From an archaeon (GTDB lineage: Archaea > Asgardarchaeota > Thorarchaeia > Thorarchaeales > Thorarchaeaceae): a stretch of DNA of 64,000 bases. Positions 57,869-64,000 of this stretch are shown here, piece after piece. The DNA is taken from contig JAJRWI010000053.1 in assembly GCA_024276825.1 (NCBI GenBank), forward strand, positions 7,022-71,021, written 5' to 3'. The translations under genes were made by a program, and so were the position numbers. Below the pieces are notes generated by a model that saw only the letters and a list, made by a program, of their open reading frames with translations, ran no database searches and had not been told where the DNA came from. Positions within the stretch are counted from its first letter, which is position 1, and every line of letters starts with the position of its first letter.

Positions 57869-59200
57869 ATGGAGTCAAACTCATATTGGTCATTATCCTC
57901 TGATTACATGGGACTTATCATGAAAAAAGCAGCAATATTGGCCGCAGGCGATTCAACCCGAATGTTGCCACTATCGGCATATTACCCAAAACACCTACTC
58001 CCCGCAGGAGGGCGTCCGCTCATATTTCACACCTTATTGGGATTACAGAAGGCGGGAATAAGTGAGGTCTTGATTGTCTATGGATATCATGCTAACAAGC
58101 TCAAAGAAGCCATTGATAGTAAAGACTGGGGCAAAATGAGTATTAGTTATACCTTTCAAAAGGAGAGAAGAGGAACCGCACATGCTGCTGGATATGCAAG
58201 GGATTTTGCTGGCGGCGACCCAATTCTGTTAGTCTATGGAGATGTTATGACTGATGGTGGTGCCATCTCAGACTTGATTGTGTTTCATAATAAAGGCTCA
58301 TTTGACTTGACTATGTCAGTATATCCAGTAAGCAGTCCTTCCAATTTTGGGATCGTCAAAGTGGAAAATGATATGGCCATTGATCTAATAGAGAAGCCCA
58401 GTCCAGATCTAAATGTTGGGAACTTGGCAAACGCGGGGATATATTGTGTCACGGATGAGTTATGGGATGCAATTGATAGAACAGTGGTTTCCAAGAGGGG
58501 AGAATTGGAGATAACAGACTCCATAATGATGCTAATCAAGAGAGGACGTGTTGGCGCCTTCACAATTCCTACTTGGTGGGTAGATGTTGGTAGGCCATGG
58601 GACCTGCTTGAAGTGAACCGGTTAATTCTGGAGAATCAGCAGCGAAGAATAGAGGGAGAGGTTGAGGAAGGGGCCGTGATTAAGGGCAATGTGGTAGTAG
58701 AGGCAGGGGCTATTATCCGAAGTGGTGCATATATTCAGGGACCTGTATATATTGGGGAGGGCTCGGTGGTTGGTCCAAACTGCTATATCAGGCCACATAC
58801 ATATCTCGTCAGGGGAGTAAAAGTCGGTAATGCAGTGGAAGTGAAAAACTCCATAGTAATGGAGGAGTCCAGCATAGGGCACCTGTCATACGTCGGTGAC
58901 TCCATAATAGGCAAGAAGGTCAACTTTGGGGCAGGCACAATAACAGCAAATCTACGCCACGATAATAGATCAATACTTGTCACTGTGAAGGGTCGAAGGG
59001 AGAATACGGGGAGACGCAAAATGGGGGCAGTCATCGGGGACAATGTGAAGACGGGAATTGGAACTCTTCTGTCGCCAGGGGTAGTGGTATATAATGACTC
59101 AAGAACGGGTGTTGGTGTGATAGTTGATCGCGATATCCCCCCTCATAGATTGGTTTTAAGTGTGCAGCAAAAGAGGACCGTCGACCTTGGCGTCGACTGA
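57869..59200 (+). CDS. bifunctional sugar-1-phosphate nucleotidyltransferase/acetyltransferase (GlmU-like); true start likely ATG 57920
   Basis: AAILAAGDSTRM nucleotidyltransferase motif. C-terminal hexapeptide repeats. Confidence 0.7.
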   Translation: MESNSYWSLSSDYMGLIMKKAAILAAGDSTRMLPLSAYYPKHLLPAGGRPLIFHTLLGLQKAGISEVLIVYGYHANKLKEAIDSKDWGKMSISYTFQKERRGTAHAAGYARDFAGGDPILLVYGDVMTDGGAISDLIVFHNKGSFDLTMSVYPVSSPSNFGIVKVENDMAIDLIEKPSPDLNVGNLANAGIYCVTDELWDAIDRTVVSKRGELEITDSIMMLIKRGRVGAFTIPTWWVDVGRPWDLLEVNRLILENQQRRIEGEVEEGAVIKGNVVVEAGAIIRSGAYIQGPVYIGEGSVVGPNCYIRPHTYLVRGVKVGNAVEVKNSIVMEESSIGHLSYVGDSIIGKKVNFGAGTITANLRHDNRSILVTVKGRRENTGRRKMGAVIGDNVKTGIGTLLSPGVVVYNDSRTGVGVIVDRDIPPHRLVLSVQQKRTVDLGVD

Positions 59201-60755
59201 CCTTGGTGAGTGTAGGATCTTGTCACCAGAGTTATTGCAGGAATTGAATGCAGTGATCAAGGACATCCGTTCAGTGGATGTTCTCTTTGGTTATTGTTAT
59301 CCATCGACATATAGAGCAGGCATGACGGGTCTAGCCACCCATCTTTTCTACTGCACCATTAATCAGAGAGATGACACTTCATGTGAGAGATACTTCAGGT
59401 ATGACACGGCATCCCCCATTCATTCAGTTGAGTCGGGACGAGAGTTGCGGAAGAACCACATAATTGGGTTTTCACTGACTTATGAGGAAGACATTATTGG
59501 CGTTCTGCAGATGTTAGAAACAGGGTCAATCAAGATTAATGCCAAGGAAAGGACAGAGAATGACCCCATTGTGATCATGGGTGGGCCAGTTGTGAGTGCC
59601 AATCCCGAGCCATATGTTGATTTTATTGATGCTTTTGTCATAGGCGAAGGCGACTACGTCATTCATTCAATCATTGATTCTGTAGCGAATGCCAAATCGC
59701 GCCAACTGGCACTTGATGACATTTCTGATATCAAAGGGGTCTATGTTCCATCAAGAGAACCAGAAATCGTTGAACGTGTATATGTGAGAGATCTGAACAG
59801 TGTGGAGCATCCAATACAGCAAATAGTTCCAGATGTGCCGGAGGGGTCGGTTCTGGAACCGGTGTTTGGAAGGTCATTTCTTGTCGAGGTTGCGAGAGGT
59901 TGTGGACACGCCTGCAAGTTTTGTCTCGTTGGGCATATATGTAGACCAAGACGAGTGAGGTCGCTGGGTAGGCTGAAAGAGATTGTCAGAGAGGGAGTGA
60001 GGGCCACACAAGTCAATAAGATATCACTCATAGCATCATCACTTGGCGACCTTGATGGATTAGAAGAGTTTGCAGAGTGGATTGTAAATCAGGGACTTCA
60101 GTTGTCTGTACCATCATTACGAGCAGATTCGGTCACTGAGGAACTCTTAGTAACATTAATTCAAGGCGGGCAGAGAACCCTGACGATTGCACCTGAAACT
60201 GGGACGGATTTGCTGAGAGCAACAGTTGGGAAGGGATTAGACAATGAGGACATCCTGAGGACATCTAAGTTAGCTGTAAGAGTGGGTTACAGGTCATTGA
60301 AGTTATACTATATAATCGGACTGCCTGATGAGACAGATGAGGATGTCAGAGCAATTGCTGAACAGGTGAGGGAGATTGCCAAGGTCACAGGACTTCGTGT
60401 GATTGTAAGTGTGAATCCATTCATCCCAAAGGCCCACACTCGATACGAACGCATCGCACAGCCACCCATTGAAGAGATTAGAGAGAAGATGAAGATTGTC
60501 AGTTCAGGCCTACATAATGTGCCTCGGACACGGATTGAGAGTCTTGATCCAAGAAGGGCACGGATTCAGGCATCCCTCTCTCTAGCAGACAGACGAATAG
60601 GTCCAGTGATTGAGATTGCGGCTAAGCATGGTGGCCTTGCAGGGTGGAGGAGAGCAGAGAAGAAAACGGGGATTGCCTTCTTCTCAATAGCAAATGATCA
60701 AGACAGGTTAGAGGGAGAATTGCCATGGAAATTCATCAAAATGAACCCAAGATGA
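59160..60755 (+). CDS. radical SAM family protein (GTG start overlapping upstream gene; start uncertain)
   Basis: ARGCGHACKFCLVGH (CxxxCxxC) cluster motif. 531 aa. Confidence 0.6.
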   Translation: MCSKRGPSTLASTDLGECRILSPELLQELNAVIKDIRSVDVLFGYCYPSTYRAGMTGLATHLFYCTINQRDDTSCERYFRYDTASPIHSVESGRELRKNHIIGFSLTYEEDIIGVLQMLETGSIKINAKERTENDPIVIMGGPVVSANPEPYVDFIDAFVIGEGDYVIHSIIDSVANAKSRQLALDDISDIKGVYVPSREPEIVERVYVRDLNSVEHPIQQIVPDVPEGSVLEPVFGRSFLVEVARGCGHACKFCLVGHICRPRRVRSLGRLKEIVREGVRATQVNKISLIASSLGDLDGLEEFAEWIVNQGLQLSVPSLRADSVTEELLVTLIQGGQRTLTIAPETGTDLLRATVGKGLDNEDILRTSKLAVRVGYRSLKLYYIIGLPDETDEDVRAIAEQVREIAKVTGLRVIVSVNPFIPKAHTRYERIAQPPIEEIREKMKIVSSGLHNVPRTRIESLDPRRARIQASLSLADRRIGPVIEIAAKHGGLAGWRRAEKKTGIAFFSIANDQDRLEGELPWKFIKMNPR

Positions 60756-60839
60756 GATGAATAATCCATTACGCTTAGGATTATAAGGCATAAATTCGAG
60801 ATATGAGTGAATACGGAAATACATTGATGCCATAATCTG

Positions 60840-61187
60840 GTGATAGCAATGTCTAACCATCGAGAGTTCAGAGATCTCTTTCCGGCTCTTTCAGAGGAGC
60901 TGGAGAATGATGGCACTCAAAAACTCAAAATTGACGGTGTTCGTACTATGGAAGAAGAGTCTGAACAACCCCAAACCCATTTCGTACCCAGTGTGATTGA
61001 TTATATCAGGCGTTGTGACACTGAGGAACAGGCTGTTGAAATCGTCGACTATCTTTTAAAACGGGGCGAGATCACACGAAAGGAAGCAAGGGCAATCAAG
61101 ACACAATTGCGCACACAAGGCCTGAGAAGCTTTGGCAGCAAGAAGGAGAGAGATCACTATCTTCACCATGGCATCGGCAGTGATTGA
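60840..61187 (+). CDS. hypothetical protein
   Basis: 115-aa ORF. No family recognised. Confidence 0.3.
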   Translation: MIAMSNHREFRDLFPALSEELENDGTQKLKIDGVRTMEEESEQPQTHFVPSVIDYIRRCDTEEQAVEIVDYLLKRGEITRKEARAIKTQLRTQGLRSFGSKKERDHYLHHGIGSD

Positions 61188-61348
61188 TCATTTCAAATTG
61201 ATTGCTCCAGTGACTAATGTGGTTCTTTGTCACTTTATTATGCAATATAGCATGTTACAGGGATTATTAAGAACGGCGTTTTGTGTGCCAAATTAGGCTG
61301 ATCTTGACCACTTCTGAGAATTACCGAGTCTTACAATATGAAGACCTA

Positions 61349-62767
61349 TCACTTTGGACTGTAGACTCCTCTCTCCTTTGCCCATGCAATTGTTGAAGGG
61401 TCGCATCTTTTCAATTCTCGCTCTGGAAACGCACTCAATAAGTTCCAGCCAATATCTAGGGTCTGCTCAAATGACCGGTCCTCATATTCTCCCTGATTGA
61501 TGAATTCCTGTTCGAACTTATCTGCAAATTTGAGATACTTCTGGTCACGTTCGGTCAATGCTTCAGACCCAACAACAGCAACCAAGTCACGAAGGTCTCG
61601 CCCTTCAGAGTAAGCATAGTATAATTGTGCTTGAATCTCCTTGTGGTCGAAACGGGTCATACCCTCACCAATCCCTTCTTTCATCAGTCTGCTCAGGGAT
61701 GGTCCAGGGTCAATAGGAGGATAGATACCGCGCCTATGAAGTCCTCTCGATACAATCATCTGACCTTCAGTGATATAGCCTGAGAGGTCAGGAATGGGAT
61801 GGGTCATGTCATCCTGAGGCATGGACAGGATTGGCATCTGAGTGATTGTGCCCCTTCGACCCTTGATACGACCAGCCCGCTCATAGATTAAGCTCAGGTC
61901 TGTATATAGATAGCCTTGGTAACCTCTACGGCCAGGAACCTCCGAGCGTGCGGCACTAATCTCTCGCAGTGCTTCTGCATAATTTGTCATGTCAGTGAGA
62001 ATGACCAGTACGTGCATATCTGACTCGTAAGCGAGATATTCAGCAGCAGTAAGGGCAGCCCTTGGGGTGATAATTCTCTCAATTGCAGGGTCGTTTGCCA
62101 GATTTAGAAACAGTGCAGTGTGTTCGAGAGCACCTGTTTCCTCAAAGGAGTTCATAAAGTATTGTGCCTCAGTTGCGGTTATGCCCATAGCACCAAACAC
62201 AATTGCAAAGTCACCCTCCTCACCAGGAATCTTGGCCTGTCTGACAATCTGTGCAGCAACTCGATTATGTGGTAGGCCAGAACCAGAAAAGATTGGGAGC
62301 TTTTGGCCTCTCACAAGAGTGTTAAGACCGTCAATTACAGAGAGACCTGTCTGAATGGGCTGGCGGGGATATTGACGAGCATAGGGGTTGATGGGGGATC
62401 CATAGATGTCCCAGTGATCCTCAGCAGTCAATGGAGGACCTTTATCTAAGGGACGCCCAGAACCATCAAGTACTCGTCCTAGGATCTCAGTTGAAACTGG
62501 CAGTTTCAGTGTTTCACCAGTAAACCTAATAGATGTCAGGTCGGTATCAAGACCACTTGTGCCTTCAAAAACCTGAATAATAGCGCGACCGCGGCCTGTT
62601 TCTAGAACTGTTCCCGTGAGGGTATCGCCAGAGGGGGAATGAATGCGTACAACCTCGTTATATGCAACATTGTGAGTGTTTTCGATAATAAGAAGTGGGC
62701 CACGAACATCGGTTACCGTTCTATATACTATTGATGATTCTCTTGACATGGCAAAGACCGCCAACAA
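61349..62767 (-). CDS. atpB: A-type (A1Ao) ATP synthase subunit B; start probably Met7
   Basis: Regulatory B-subunit sequence (no full P-loop). Confidence 0.85.
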   Translation of the reverse strand: MLAVFAMSRESSIVYRTVTDVRGPLLIIENTHNVAYNEVVRIHSPSGDTLTGTVLETGRGRAIIQVFEGTSGLDTDLTSIRFTGETLKLPVSTEILGRVLDGSGRPLDKGPPLTAEDHWDIYGSPINPYARQYPRQPIQTGLSVIDGLNTLVRGQKLPIFSGSGLPHNRVAAQIVRQAKIPGEEGDFAIVFGAMGITATEAQYFMNSFEETGALEHTALFLNLANDPAIERIITPRAALTAAEYLAYESDMHVLVILTDMTNYAEALREISAARSEVPGRRGYQGYLYTDLSLIYERAGRIKGRRGTITQMPILSMPQDDMTHPIPDLSGYITEGQMIVSRGLHRRGIYPPIDPGPSLSRLMKEGIGEGMTRFDHKEIQAQLYYAYSEGRDLRDLVAVVGSEALTERDQKYLKFADKFEQEFINQGEYEDRSFEQTLDIGWNLLSAFPERELKRCDPSTIAWAKERGVYSPK

Positions 62768-62839
62768 CTGACCTTTTGGTCTGGTTTTGAAATTAAAGGA
62801 GGGTCTTGTTAAAAGAATTACGACCGAGTCAATTAGGAG

Positions 62840-63373
62840 CTAAATCAGTGTTGTGATGTAAAAAAAGCTCATGACAGGGAACATCATTAATGAACGTACA
62901 ATTAGAGATTGGCCACGTGTTTTCAACTCGTTTGATGACGGCACGAAATATAATATCGCACCAGCTAATAATCCAACATACATTAACATATCGCCGAGCA
63001 GGATTAGGGTGCCAATAAAGTCGGACTCACTCATGTTGAAGAGAGCATTCCAGATATTCATTGCACTCTCAACTGTGGGAGCAGTGGCCCCATATCGTTG
63101 TGCCAATTGACTGATTACGAATGGTCCAACAAAGTAGATGATGACGCCTATCGTGATCAGTGTTTTTGCAAACCCATCATTCAGTCCTGTCATATATATC
63201 ATGAACCCTATTAGGATGAATAGCAGATAGCCTTTGATGACAAGTGCAAATAATAGACTTAACACTATACTGATGCTTTCCAACCATGCAGTAAATGGCA
63301 GGTTGTCAAATTGCAACATCATCAATATTTGAATGGCATGGTGGAGCAAGATGATCACATATTTTAATTGCAA
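62840..63373 (-). CDS. hypothetical integral membrane protein
   Basis: 177 aa, 5-6 hydrophobic helices. Confidence 0.35.
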   Translation of the reverse strand: MQLKYVIILLHHAIQILMMLQFDNLPFTAWLESISIVLSLLFALVIKGYLLFILIGFMIYMTGLNDGFAKTLITIGVIIYFVGPFVISQLAQRYGATAPTVESAMNIWNALFNMSESDFIGTLILLGDMLMYVGLLAGAILYFVPSSNELKTRGQSLIVRSLMMFPVMSFFYITTLI

Positions 63374-63403
63374 GATGCCAATTTAACCGCCACATAAATC
63401 GAG

Positions 63404-63982
63404 TTAATTTCGCAGAACTTGAAAATCTGCCTGCATCACCTCTTTGATTCTTGGAAACCTCAAGGCAGCAGCGGGATGGTATGTCATGAAGAAGGTAAAA
63501 TCGCCGCCCTCATAGAACTTGCCATGAGCTTCTTTGACTGGCCAAGGGCCTATTATGGATGAGATTGCAACGCCACCAAGAAGAACTACGATCTTGGGTC
63601 TGATTACAGCCATCTGGGACTCAAGATATGGTAAGCAGGCCGCTATTTCGGAGTAAGAAGGAGTTCGGTTTTTAGGAGGTCTTGACTTCAATATTGAGGT
63701 GATAAAAACCTCTTCACGAGTCAGGCATATTGATTCAAGTAACTCAACCAAGATCTCACCAGACCTGCCAACGAATGGTCTGCCGAGTTCATCTTCTTTT
63801 GCGCCAGGTGCTTCCCCAATAAACATGAGAAGGGCATTTATAGGGCCTTCTCCTGGGACCGCATTCTTTCGGGTCTTATATAGGGGGCATTTTGTGCAGG
63901 TTTTTATCTCTGCTGCAATTCGTTCGAGTTGGTGTTGATCACTCATTTGAGGTTGATTAAGCACCTTATCTGATAAACGCAA
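63404..63982 (-). CDS. udg: uracil-DNA glycosylase, family 4
   Basis: GEAPGAKED and CxxC iron-sulfur motifs (CTKCPLY). Confidence 0.75.
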   Translation of the reverse strand: MRLSDKVLNQPQMSDQHQLERIAAEIKTCTKCPLYKTRKNAVPGEGPINALLMFIGEAPGAKEDELGRPFVGRSGEILVELLESICLTREEVFITSILKSRPPKNRTPSYSEIAACLPYLESQMAVIRPKIVVLLGGVAISSIIGPWPVKEAHGKFYEGGDFTFFMTYHPAAALRFPRIKEVMQADFQVLRN

Positions 63983-64000
63983 CGTATCACGAGGGGGCTG

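Noticed and set aside
57869-57919. N-terminal 17 codons of the GlmU-like ORF and the 59160 GTG start of the radical-SAM gene
   Set aside because: Likely ORF-track over-extensions. The nucleotidyltransferase motif begins right after ATG 57920. The rSAM start overlaps the upstream gene by 41 nt and may lie further downstream.
1-64000. CRISPR arrays, cas genes, integrases/transposases, restriction-modification or other defense islands
   Set aside because: Scanned for regularly spaced direct repeats and for hallmark motifs. None found. The window is dominated by conserved housekeeping genes.

Overview
This is a dense archaeal chromosomal window of about 45% GC, coded on both strands. Most of the content is conserved informational machinery. 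The lineage cannot be fixed from sequence alone. A eukaryote-type topoisomerase IB, a full-length Hef, and the FtsZ, topoisomerase VI and A-type ATPase genes together suggest a TACK/Thaumarchaeota-like or related lineage.

Two conserved ribosomal-protein clusters are recognisable:
- rpl39e-rpl31e-eIF6-rplX-pfdA-ftsY at 8.2-11.1 kb.
- ftsZ-secE-spt5-rpl11-rpl1-rpl10-rpl12 at 13.1-18.0 kb.

Other gene groups I can support:
- Translation factors: eIF1A, aIF2-beta, aEF1-beta, eIF6.
- Ribosome and RNA biogenesis: Nep1, Rpp21, a YhbY/CRM protein, a RIO kinase, a KH/Dim2-like protein, an NMD3-like protein, a Trm112-like protein, an MtaB-like methylthiotransferase.
- Replication and repair: eukaryotic-type topoisomerase IB, topoisomerase VI A/B, FEN1, full-length Hef (helicase + ERCC4 + HhH2), an RPA-like OB-fold protein, a family-4 UDG, Cdc48.
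- Metabolism: ornithine carbamoyltransferase, a pfkB-family kinase, GcvPA/GcvPB, ThiL, tungsten-type AOR, DeoC, a GlmU-like enzyme, a RibL-like nucleotidyltransferase, an HDAC-family protein, A-ATPase subunit B.
- Six tRNA genes: Gly-GCC, Gly-TCC, Arg-TCT, Thr-CGT, Leu-GAG (oversized, probably intron-bearing), Gln-TTG.

I found no CRISPR array, integrase or obvious mobile element.

The most notable observations:
- Topo IB and rpl11 are each interrupted by a -1 frame break, and each would be repaired by restoring one A. I read this as homopolymer undercalling rather than real pseudogenes, but it needs checking.
- Spt5 carries a Cys/His-containing insertion in its NGN domain and an acidic C-terminal tail.
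- L31e has an acidic N-terminal extension.
- tRNA-Leu carries a roughly 29-nt non-canonical insert.
- A strongly structured intergenic segment at 22.6-22.8 kb and a C/D-box-like element at 7.25 kb are ncRNA candidates.
- A 979-aa heavily sequon-decorated surface protein with an FKBP-like domain lies next to an AglH-like glycosyl-phosphotransferase.
- Several domain fusions are unusual: PUA/Zn-ribbon + PAPS-reductase + ferredoxin, DeoC + Cys4 tail, and a radical-SAM protein with a Cx7Cx2C motif.

All calls rest on by-eye motif and domain recognition. No searches were run.
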